Positions 24,773 through 31,708 of a stretch of DNA of 31,708 nucleotides are shown here, piece by piece. The position numbers and the translations under genes were made by a program. Under the pieces are notes generated by a model that was not told the DNA's origin, searched no databases, and saw only the letters and a list, made by a program, of their open reading frames with translations. Within the stretch, counting starts at the first letter, position 1, and each line of letters starts with the position of its first letter. Origin of the DNA: a virus. The stretch lies in IMG/VR virus record IMGVR_UViG_3300017613_000305. One strand, given 5' to 3'.

Positions 24773-24841
24773 AGAAGAGGTTGCTTAGTTTAGCGACTGC
24801 GTAAAAGGTTTACACGCTTCCTTTCCTCTTCTATTTTTTTT
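24773..24841 (+). terminator. Long hairpin plus T8 (terminator of the zinc-ribbon gene and/or leader attenuator)
   Basis: AGAAGAGG(24773-24780)/CCTCTTCT(24825-24832) enclosing a structured 44-nt loop, then T8 (24834-24841). Confidence 0.5.
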
Positions 24842-24864
24842 AAGCGTGTGTAAAAAGCGACATT

Positions 24865-25512
24865 ATGAAAAAATCATTTGTATTACATCGTGATAGCTTG
24901 GTAGTTCTGGACGAACTAACTGATGAACAAGCAGGTAAATTATTTAAGGCAATACGATCATACCATGAAGGTGATGTTATCGACTTGGATTTCGCTATGA
25001 AAATGGCATTTCTACCATTCAAGAATCAATTCGAACGTGACCAAGAAACCTATCAAAAGATCGTGGAACGTAACCGTAGTAACGGACGCAAGGGTGGTGC
25101 GCCAACTAAACCCAAGACAACCCAAAAAACCCAGTCGGTTATTCAAGAACCCAAAAAAGCCGATAGTGATAGTGATAGTGTAAATGATAGTGATAATGAA
25201 AAAGAAGATAAGAGTACATCGACTAAAGTCGAAGGGTTTGATTGGGATAGTTTACGTTTACTAATCAACAAGACGTTTGGCAGAGAATTCAAGACCATAA
25301 ACAAAGACGTACGCAAAAAATACAATGCACGACTAAAAGATGGTTACACAAAAAAGGATGTACTTAATGCCATAAACAACTGTAAGAACGACAAGTTCCA
25401 CATTGACCTAAATTTCCACCACTGTACACCCGAATATTTCAGCCGATCCAATACCCTCGATTTGCACAGTACGACCAAAGCCACGAACAAACCATATAAC
25501 GCTCACTCATGA
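24865..25512 (+). CDS. Replication initiator / replisome organizer (N-terminal DNA-binding domain plus conserved phage C-terminal domain)
   Basis: N-terminus FVLHRDSLVVLDELTDEQAGKLFKAI..Y. C-terminus RLKDGYTKKDVLNAINNCKNDKFH resembles the phg_TIGR02220 C-terminal domain. It is coupled (ATGA) to the DnaB gene. Confidence 0.6.
   Translation: MKKSFVLHRDSLVVLDELTDEQAGKLFKAIRSYHEGDVIDLDFAMKMAFLPFKNQFERDQETYQKIVERNRSNGRKGGAPTKPKTTQKTQSVIQEPKKADSDSDSVNDSDNEKEDKSTSTKVEGFDWDSLRLLINKTFGREFKTINKDVRKKYNARLKDGYTKKDVLNAINNCKNDKFHIDLNFHHCTPEYFSRSNTLDLHSTTKATNKPYNAHS
25109..25197 (+). repeat. Iteron-like AACCCA x4 followed by (GATAGT)n hexamer repeats, inside the initiator linker
   Basis: AACCCA at 25109, 25119, 25128 and 25148. 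(GATAGT)3 at 25162-25179, then GATAGT-GATAAT at 25186-25197. Confidence 0.8.
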
Positions 25513-26864
25513 GAACACCACAGCACGAAATATTTAACAGACTAATAAACAGTCAAGGCGGTGAAGCTATCACGATGATATCTAAGTGTTCAGACTACAC
25601 ATTCCACACGGGTGATGATCGTATCATATTCGAAGCGGTTAAGCAATGCGTATCACAAGGAATGCAACCACATCCTGTTGCTATCATAAGAGTAATGAAG
25701 GAACAAAAGACGTTTGAACGTAGGTTTGTTTCTATGCTTAGTGAGTTAACGACCACCGACATGGATAACACCTTACCATTTGATAGTGTTTGTTCACAAG
25801 CGAGGGAGGAAACAAATGAGTACATGATACGAAACTTCACAGGTAACGTGTTGAACAGTTTGAACCAAGGAACATTCACACTGGATGGATATTTAGACCA
25901 GGCAAAACAGCTTGAAACAAGTGTGACACTAGAATCAAAACAAGAGCGTACATCTAAAGACGTAATCAAAACACTAGTAACACGTCACGACAAAGCAAAG
26001 GCGGGTGACATCACAGGATTAAGTCTTGGATTTATGAACCTATCCAAATACATAATACTAGAACCTGTTGATGTTATGTTGGTGGCTGCACGACCTGCAA
26101 TGGGTAAGAGTGCGTTTGCCGTTTCATGTATCAAAAGACTTTGTTTTCAACAGAACTTGAAGGTGGCTTTGTTTTCCCTTGAAATGTCAACCGAACAGAT
26201 ACACCGTAGACTTGTTGCAGAACTTACTGACATTGGAATGAACCGACAAAAGGAAGGACGATGTAGCAAAACAGAGATACAACAGATCGAAGCGTTAACG
26301 AACAAGAAGGAACTGGACAATCTCACAGTGTTCGAAGGAACACACACCAATACCGACATCCGGCGAAAGGTTACAGAACTAAAATACACTAAAGGCGTCG
26401 ACGTTTTTATTGTTGACTACATCCAAAAGATCAAACCGAATAAGAGCTCAAACAGTTATGAGGAAATCACAGAAGTATCTGGAGCATTAAAAGAAACTTG
26501 TCAAAATCTCAAAGTACCATGTATTGCACTGGCTCAACTATCAAGAAATTCAGAGCAACGTGGTGGTGATAAACGTCCAGTACTGTCTGACCTTAAAGGT
26601 TCGGGATCATTAGAACAAGATGCGTCTGTTGTTGGCTTTCTACATCGCCCAGAATATTACGGTATCATGCAGGACGAAGAAGGAAATTCTAATGCAGGAC
26701 TTGGTGAGTTCATAATCGCAAAGAATCGAGAAGGTGAATGTGGATTGATTAATTTTAAGGTTGAACTAGGACTATCACGATGGACTGAACAAAACGAAAC
26801 GATAATATCCAACAACAGCATAACACAAAACATTGATTTCGACACAGAGGAAACACCGTTCTGA
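25509..26864 (+). CDS. dnaB: Replicative DNA helicase (DnaB family)
   Basis: ARPAMGKSAF (Walker A), LFSLEMS, VFIVDYIQ (Walker B), ALAQLSR, SDLKGSGSLEQDASVV. Confidence 0.9.
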   Translation: MRTPQHEIFNRLINSQGGEAITMISKCSDYTFHTGDDRIIFEAVKQCVSQGMQPHPVAIIRVMKEQKTFERRFVSMLSELTTTDMDNTLPFDSVCSQAREETNEYMIRNFTGNVLNSLNQGTFTLDGYLDQAKQLETSVTLESKQERTSKDVIKTLVTRHDKAKAGDITGLSLGFMNLSKYIILEPVDVMLVAARPAMGKSAFAVSCIKRLCFQQNLKVALFSLEMSTEQIHRRLVAELTDIGMNRQKEGRCSKTEIQQIEALTNKKELDNLTVFEGTHTNTDIRRKVTELKYTKGVDVFIVDYIQKIKPNKSSNSYEEITEVSGALKETCQNLKVPCIALAQLSRNSEQRGGDKRPVLSDLKGSGSLEQDASVVGFLHRPEYYGIMQDEEGNSNAGLGEFIIAKNREGECGLINFKVELGLSRWTEQNETIISNNSITQNIDFDTEETPF

Positions 26865-27118
26865 TGCTAACATACAAGAAAACCGACAACAATACCACCT
26901 TGATCTTCGACAAAGACACACAGGTTGGCACGATAGAAATACGACAAGACAAGTTTATCATTGGATTGTGTGAATATACTATCACGATACCAGTAAAGCG
27001 ACGACAGGCAGTTAAACAATGCTTAGAGAATCACTACAAAGCGATCTTGGAAATGCGAGAGTGGGAAACAGAAAGCGAACTCACCGCGATGCGTAGAGGA
27101 TTCACAATTAAAAAATAA
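26864..27118 (+). CDS. Hypothetical protein
   Basis: 84 aa, coupled to dnaB by TGATG. Confidence 0.55.
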   Translation: MLTYKKTDNNTTLIFDKDTQVGTIEIRQDKFIIGLCEYTITIPVKRRQAVKQCLENHYKAILEMREWETESELTAMRRGFTIKK

Positions 27119-27154
27119 TTATTCTAATATATTGATATACTAATATATTATACA

Positions 27155-27162
27155 TATATTTG
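27155..27162 (+). promoter_or_regulatory. Early promoter -7 box TATATTTG with the AACTTTAAAA leader
   Basis: Exact TAnnTTTG. TTG at 27132-27134 is a possible -33 element. TAATATATT direct repeats at 27125 and 27141. The leader AACTTTAAAAG sits at 27166-27176. Confidence 0.55.
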
Positions 27163-27187
27163 AAGAACTTTAAAAGATAAGCACAGA

Positions 27188-27460
27188 ATGAACAAGGCAT
27201 CACAGGCAGATATCAAATTCTATAAGGGTGTGTTGTTGGTGAAAATCCACGACAAACTGACATCAGACAAAACATACATGAGTATCGACGAACTTGATAC
27301 GTTCTTAAAGTCATACGCAGATTTGAATGAACTATCATGTGGTGAAATGACACACGAACAGATGCAGATACTAAAAGAATATTCGAAGCAATTTGCATCT
27401 AGCATTGGAATGGGTGTTGATGCATTCGACAAAGACAACGAAATCAATTTTAATTTTTAA
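27188..27460 (+). CDS. Hypothetical protein
   Basis: 90-aa ORF after the promoter cassette. Confidence 0.6.
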   Translation: MNKASQADIKFYKGVLLVKIHDKLTSDKTYMSIDELDTFLKSYADLNELSCGEMTHEQMQILKEYSKQFASSIGMGVDAFDKDNEINFNF

Positions 27461-27470
27461 TCATAAACAA

Positions 27471-28028
27471 ATGGCAGGAAGTCGTGAAGATAGAGAACGC
27501 TGGGATATGGAATACGAACACAACAAAACCATAACCCACGATTCGACAATGAAGCAAGGCAACCACCCACTAAAACAAATCAAAATGGAAGTTAAGTTAA
27601 ATCAAGCAGTACAAGGAAAAGTGAAAAGTGTAACAGGATCGGGAACATACAAAGACATGTTCTCATTTGAATACACATTTGAAGATGGTGTTATCATGAA
27701 AGCGAACCACAAGACAGATGCACCACGATTTGCACCTGGTGATGATGTTGAATACACCGTGAAGTTTTCGAACGCTTATGGAAATCTAGGAAGTATCGAC
27801 AAACCACAAGACCAACAACGAAGTGGTGGACATTCTACACCTCAACCATCCCACGGCATAAACACAAATGATTCGATACTGTATCAAGTGAGTTTGAAAA
27901 TTGCTAGTGATGTTCTGATCAATGGGTACAATCCAGCGTTTGAAAACACGTTCCCAACAGGACAATCAATTAACGACCTAGCACTGGACATCGCGACAAA
28001 GGCAAAGGAAAACATTACCAAACTCTAA
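27471..28028 (+). CDS. Hypothetical protein (possibly OB-fold/ssDNA-binding; unverified)
   Basis: ATG 27471 follows the upstream stop (27460); the track start 27393 overlaps the previous gene. It has a beta-rich N-terminal half, a Q/S/G/P linker and a helical C-terminus. Confidence 0.5.
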   Translation: MAGSREDRERWDMEYEHNKTITHDSTMKQGNHPLKQIKMEVKLNQAVQGKVKSVTGSGTYKDMFSFEYTFEDGVIMKANHKTDAPRFAPGDDVEYTVKFSNAYGNLGSIDKPQDQQRSGGHSTPQPSHGINTNDSILYQVSLKIASDVLINGYNPAFENTFPTGQSINDLALDIATKAKENITKL

Positions 28029-28031
28029 ACA

Positions 28032-28265
28032 ATGGACTATGCACTTGCTAAACGCATAAACAAACGGTTCATACTTAAATGCACAACCTGCACTGGTCAA
28101 AAAAAACTGATCGGTGCAGGTCAATTGCATAAGTTCATAGGAATAGGTGGTGAACAGGTAGCGGTTGAATTGTATGTGTATGCACTACAACGAACAGGAA
28201 ACAACTTTGAAATCAAATTGGATAGAGGCATAACCATCCGATTCAACAAAAGACAAATCAAATGA
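28032..28265 (+). CDS. Hypothetical protein
   Basis: 77-aa ORF with an ATGA overlap to the downstream gene. Confidence 0.55.
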   Translation: MDYALAKRINKRFILKCTTCTGQKKLIGAGQLHKFIGIGGEQVAVELYVYALQRTGNNFEIKLDRGITIRFNKRQIK

Positions 28266-28855
28266 AAAATTACACAACAGAAGAAGTAAACGGGTTCCTA
28301 GATGAACTAAAAATGAAATTCTACACTTGTAATACACCGATGCAAATAGCAATCGAACAATTCAAACGCGACAAAGGCTTACTACCTACACTAGAGGTTG
28401 GAAAGTGGTATAAAACAACACGAGGCTATGAACGTTTGTTGTGTTGTATAACGGAAATTCAAGGCAATAGATTTATTTACTATGGGTTCAATGTTTGTGG
28501 TCACTGGAAAGACGAAGACTATTACCCATTAGAAGATATAGACACCGAAGCAACCCCCCAAGAAGTAGAAACCGCTTTAATAGCAGAAGCAAAGAAAAGA
28601 GGGTTTAAAGAGGGTGTTAGCTTTTGTAGAAGTAAGGATTTATTGTTATCAGCTTTTCTACACCCATCAGTAAACACAGAAGCTGTTGTTACAACCCCGT
28701 TAATCTTAGGTGATAATAATAACTTATGGACAAAGGATGGGTGTATTATATTTAGTAAGGGGATTTGGGCTACTATAACCGAAGATAACAAACTAAACGA
28801 ACTAGAGAAGAAGTACGAAGAGTTAGGAAAGGAAATACAAAGACTAAAGAAATAG
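28262..28855 (+). CDS. Hypothetical protein (C-terminal coiled coil)
   Basis: 197-aa ORF. Confidence 0.6.
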   Translation: MKNYTTEEVNGFLDELKMKFYTCNTPMQIAIEQFKRDKGLLPTLEVGKWYKTTRGYERLLCCITEIQGNRFIYYGFNVCGHWKDEDYYPLEDIDTEATPQEVETALIAEAKKRGFKEGVSFCRSKDLLLSAFLHPSVNTEAVVTTPLILGDNNNLWTKDGCIIFSKGIWATITEDNKLNELEKKYEELGKEIQRLKK

Positions 28856-28859
28856 AGCA

Positions 28860-29069
28860 ATGGCAAATAGAAAAGTACTAGATGGAAACATCACCAAGGA
28901 CGCACGAGTCCAAATTGAGGCATTAATAAAAAAGGGAATCACACCGTATAGAATCTGCAAAGGTTCTGGAGTGAACCAACTAACATTGGACAGGTTTCGC
29001 AAAGGCAAAAGAATCACAAGTGAACAACTAGACAAAATAGGAACATGGATCAAGGACGAAAAGCATTAA
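28860..29069 (+). CDS. Small putative HTH DNA-binding protein
   Basis: 69 aa. GITPYRICKGSGVNQLTLDRFRKG is HTH-like. Confidence 0.45.
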   Translation: MANRKVLDGNITKDARVQIEALIKKGITPYRICKGSGVNQLTLDRFRKGKRITSEQLDKIGTWIKDEKH

Positions 29070-29206
29070 GATTTATCATTAAAATCATCGTGGCTAGTGT
29101 TGCATCTTACATGATATACAAGTGTCTTGTGATTTACGCAAAGTCCAACCATAAAGAACCACAACCCAAAGGATGGAAGGTATCGAACCCCGACCACAAT
29201 TTTTGA
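29045..29206 (+). CDS. Possible small single-pass membrane protein (53 aa, not in the track)
   Basis: ATG 29045 to TGA 29204-29206. Product: MDQGRKALRFIIKIIVASVASYMIYKCLVIYAKSNHKEPQPKGWKVSNPDHNF. It fills an otherwise non-coding 140-nt gap and overlaps the upstream gene by 25 nt. Confidence 0.35.
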   Translation: MDQGRKALRFIIKIIVASVASYMIYKCLVIYAKSNHKEPQPKGWKVSNPDHNF

Positions 29207-29209
29207 CAC

Positions 29210-29872
29210 ATGAAACGTGAACCCAAACTAAAAGACTGTGCCAACGAACTATGCACAAATGAATTCAAGCAGTACAAAAGTACTGTGAAGGTTTGTTCAA
29301 TGGGTTGTGCGATAGCATACGCCAAACAGAAGAACCAAAAGGATGCGATCAGACAAGCAGAACGCGACAAAGCCAAACACACAATCGAACGAATGACAAC
29401 CGACAAGTACAGGGCGGTCAAAATTCAACCATTGATGAATCTGTTAGCACGTATAATCGACAACGGTCAACCATGTATCGCCACAGGAAACCACGAAGGA
29501 AAAATGGCAGGAGGACACAGACATTCAGTAGGTAGTGCGCGAAACTTATCTTTGAACCTTCACAACATCCACATCCAATCATGGCAAAGCAACGACAAGC
29601 AAGGAGGCGACCACGTAAGATATCGCGCTGGACTCATAGAAATCTATGGAAGGAAGTACGCAAACTTTATCGACGAGGATTTAATGCAGTGTCCTTCGAA
29701 GCTATGGACTAAAGACGACCTTGTAGAGCTACGCCTACGTCTTCAAAAGATCGTTAACGACTACAAACACCTAAACAAGATTTACACCCCCTTAGAACGT
29801 ATTAAAATACGTAATCAATTGAATGTTGAATTGGGGATGTATCCAAAAGAATTTGCAGTGTTTGAAAAATAA
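29210..29872 (+). CDS. ninG: NinG/Rap-like recombination endonuclease homologue
   Basis: N-terminal zinc ribbon C..C...C..C (CANELC...CSMGC), then PCIATGN...GGHRHSVG...NLHNIHIQSWQSNDKQGGD...YRAGLIEIYG. As I recall the lambda NinG sequence, this is collinear with PCISCG...AGHY...NIHKQCVVCNQHKSGN...YR.ELI.RIG. Confidence 0.65.
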   Translation: MKREPKLKDCANELCTNEFKQYKSTVKVCSMGCAIAYAKQKNQKDAIRQAERDKAKHTIERMTTDKYRAVKIQPLMNLLARIIDNGQPCIATGNHEGKMAGGHRHSVGSARNLSLNLHNIHIQSWQSNDKQGGDHVRYRAGLIEIYGRKYANFIDEDLMQCPSKLWTKDDLVELRLRLQKIVNDYKHLNKIYTPLERIKIRNQLNVELGMYPKEFAVFEK

Positions 29873-29889
29873 ACATTGTAATACAATAA

Positions 29890-29897
29890 TATATTTG
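29890..29897 (+). promoter_or_regulatory. Early promoter -7 box TATATTTG plus conserved leader AACTTTAAAAAATAACAAG-ATG
   Basis: Exact TAnnTTTG, with flanks matching 23421-23445 and a leader matching 23467-23489. Confidence 0.55.
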
Positions 29898-29927
29898 TAT
29901 ATTGCACTAACTTTAAAAAATAACAAG

Positions 29928-30209
29928 ATGAAAAAAGAACAACCAAACGGAATGCCTCAACAATGTATTGATACAGGTGAGGCACTAGTCCAAGCGTACG
30001 GATATGACAACGCTATTAAGAACATTGAAGACAACGTAAAGACATTACGAACAGTCCACGACATAATGAAGGAACACGCACCCGAACAAATCGAAGAACG
30101 GTTAAAAATTGCTTTAATGTCTGATTTTTGGGATCAAACATTGCAATCACTCGAAGTTCCAAAGACATTGCCACGTTCATTCATGGCAGGATTAAACCCA
30201 AACGGATAA
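29928..30209 (+). CDS. Hypothetical protein
   Basis: The internal ATG 29928 follows the conserved leader; the track start 29823 lies inside ninG and the promoter. Confidence 0.6.
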   Translation: MKKEQPNGMPQQCIDTGEALVQAYGYDNAIKNIEDNVKTLRTVHDIMKEHAPEQIEERLKIALMSDFWDQTLQSLEVPKTLPRSFMAGLNPNG

Positions 30210-31027
30210 TGGAAAATTTGCTAATAACAGTATCGGGTGGTCGATCATCTGCACGAATGGCACGACACATCCAGACAAGCCCAAAATATAAAGACTATAA
30301 CAAGCTATATGTGTTTTGTAATACAGGACATGAACGCCCCGAAACAATCGACTTTTTGAAGAACATTGTAAACGTTTGGGGAATACCTCTAAACATAATC
30401 GAAGGCGTTTATAGTAATGAAAAAGGTGTTGGTGTACGTCATAGGATAGTAGACTTTGACACACTGGACATGGAGGGGCGTGTGTTTTCTGAATGTATAG
30501 ATGAACTGCAAAAGATTAAATGGACAGGTGTGCCTAATATGGCAGTACCATATTGTTCTGACCGCTTAAAAGTTAGACCAGCACACCATTTTGCCAAAAC
30601 TATATTTGAAACCACCAAATACATCAAAGCGGTTGGCTACAGAAAGGAAGACTTATATACTAGGACATCACTAACTGAAATTAAAGCCAAAAAAAACATC
30701 ATTGCACCACTTGTATTTGACTTTCACCCACAGATTGGGAACATTGAACTGAATGAATTCTATGATGCACAGCCGTTCAAACTAGAGATACACAATAAGC
30801 TAGGGAACTGTGAACTATGTTGGAAGAAGTCCGACCAGAACCTGATTGAAATAATACAACACGGAACACGGTTTGTTGATTGGCATATAAACGAAGAAAA
30901 CAAACACGGAAATACATTCTTTCGTGGTGACAGAAGTATCAAGGAGCTAGTTAAACTAGCAGAATCTGGTGAGCAGTTAGAAATGTTCGACGATACTGGT
31001 GATGCATGTGTGTGCGAATTTGACTAA
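30209..31027 (+). CDS. PAPS reductase-like PP-loop ATP pyrophosphatase family protein
   Basis: Start MENLL at ATG 30209 (TAATG coupling). The PP-loop is LITVSGGRSS (SGGxDS-like). YCSDRLKVRP matches the CC..RKV.P motif. The C-terminal Cys pairs are CELC and CVC. Confidence 0.7.
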   Translation: MENLLITVSGGRSSARMARHIQTSPKYKDYNKLYVFCNTGHERPETIDFLKNIVNVWGIPLNIIEGVYSNEKGVGVRHRIVDFDTLDMEGRVFSECIDELQKIKWTGVPNMAVPYCSDRLKVRPAHHFAKTIFETTKYIKAVGYRKEDLYTRTSLTEIKAKKNIIAPLVFDFHPQIGNIELNEFYDAQPFKLEIHNKLGNCELCWKKSDQNLIEIIQHGTRFVDWHINEENKHGNTFFRGDRSIKELVKLAESGEQLEMFDDTGDACVCEFD

Positions 31028-31049
31028 ACAATATTAACACTTTAGAGAA

Positions 31050-31325
31050 ATGAAAGAACAAACACCAATAGAGGAAATATTAAAAAGGGATAGTGAAATA
31101 CTTGATGTTTTAAAGAAAAAAGGATTTGTTAAATCTGATTTAGATGGTAATCATTTAACGATTAGAACGGTAACAAGTTTAATTGACTTTGTTATTGAAC
31201 TCCAAGCCCAACACGAAGCAGAGTTAAAAGCTAAAGACGATAAAATCCACTTTCTAACTGAAATGATTCACAACGGTTTAGGATGGGAAGATTTAGAAGA
31301 TGACAGCAAACCAATGGATAGTTAA
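31050..31325 (+). CDS. Hypothetical protein
   Basis: 91-aa ORF. Confidence 0.55.
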   Translation: MKEQTPIEEILKRDSEILDVLKKKGFVKSDLDGNHLTIRTVTSLIDFVIELQAQHEAELKAKDDKIHFLTEMIHNGLGWEDLEDDSKPMDS

Positions 31326-31346
31326 CACCACTAAACACGAAACAGA

Positions 31347-31708
31347 ATGAAAGCAATTTTAAAAGAATTAGGATTTGAACACTTGCCGATGCTTAGTGAG
31401 TTTTGGAAGAAATTGAGAAACCATAAAGAGGGATTCGAACCTTCATATATCACAATAGAGTATAATTCATTTGTAGAGTTTGTTACTCAACCCCTCACAA
31501 AAGGAATGTTTATACCTTGTGATGAAGCGGGAAATGTATTGGAAAAATCTTTGGCGTGTTTAAATGGCGATAATTGCCCTATTTGCGAACAATACCAACA
31601 AGCAAAGGATAGAGTATTGTTTGAGGGGTGGGAGGGTAAATCATACTGTGATTACCTTGTGATTAATGACAATCAAACAATAAGAATTAATGATGATTGT
31701 ATTTATGT
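31347..31708 (+). CDS. Hypothetical protein, N-terminal part (continues into 1..200 via the repeat)
   Basis: ATG 31347, open to the window end and in phase with the ORF ending at 200. It contains CPICEQ. Confidence 0.7.
   Translation, partial: MKAILKELGFEHLPMLSEFWKKLRNHKEGFEPSYITIEYNSFVEFVTQPLTKGMFIPCDEAGNVLEKSLACLNGDNCPICEQYQQAKDRVLFEGWEGKSYCDYLVINDNQTIRINDDCIY
31588..31708. repeat. Right copy of the 121-bp exact direct terminal repeat
   Basis: Identical to 1..121. It could be a circular-assembly overlap or a true DTR. Confidence 0.95.

Noticed and set aside
31428-31444. A tRNA T-arm-like motif on the minus strand (GAGGG-ATTCGAA-CCTTC, which is the reverse complement of GAAGG-TTCGAAT-CCCTC)
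   Set aside because: I could not build matching anticodon or D arms or a complementary acceptor 5' strand at the right distances. The motif lies inside a well-behaved ORF, where it encodes GFEPS. It is a chance match.
1-31708. Lysogeny module, integrase, tRNA genes, toxin-antitoxin pairs and known defence or anti-defence signatures
   Set aside because: I scanned all ORF translations for tyrosine or serine recombinase, CI/Cro-like pair, Walker/nuclease defence and RT motifs and recognised none. Absence by eye is weak evidence and needs an HMM search.

Overview
The window is a complete tailed dsDNA phage genome (Caudoviricetes) of about 31.6 kb. Bases 1-121 are an exact copy of 31588-31708, and one ORF reads through that junction, so the unique length is 31,587 bp. 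The genome is either circularly closed or terminally redundant.

Coding density is very high. About 46 genes lie on the + strand and 2 on the - strand.

The likely host is a Bacteroidota (Flavobacteriia-like) bacterium, for three reasons:
- Start codons have A-rich leaders and no Shine-Dalgarno sequence.
- Intergenic regions carry the Bacteroidetes -7 promoter box TAnnTTTG.
- A DUF5675-like gene and a DUF1566 fibre domain are present.

Modules, in order:
- 305-2053: small membrane protein, sigma-region-4-like protein and terS.
- 2114-3304: terL.
- 3337-11648: large tail/baseplate-like ORFs and a tape-measure-like protein.
- 11645-15014: accessory island with a secreted protein, three glycosyltransferases, and the only two minus-strand genes, which have their own host-type promoter.
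- 15061-20026: XkdF-type protease/scaffold, major capsid protein, a terminator-bracketed abundant protein, portal and connector.
- 20023-21615: fibre with a DUF1566 C-terminus.
- 21880-22867: holin plus a DUF5675-like lysis candidate.
- 23212-23486: a 275-bp promoter/terminator hub.
- 23487 through the junction to 200: early/replication region with initiator, DnaB helicase, NinG-like protein and a PAPS-reductase-like PP-loop protein.

I found no integrase, repressor, tRNA, CRISPR array or reverse transcriptase. All functional calls come from motif recognition by eye, with no database search, so they are hypotheses to confirm with HHpred, BLAST or structure prediction.
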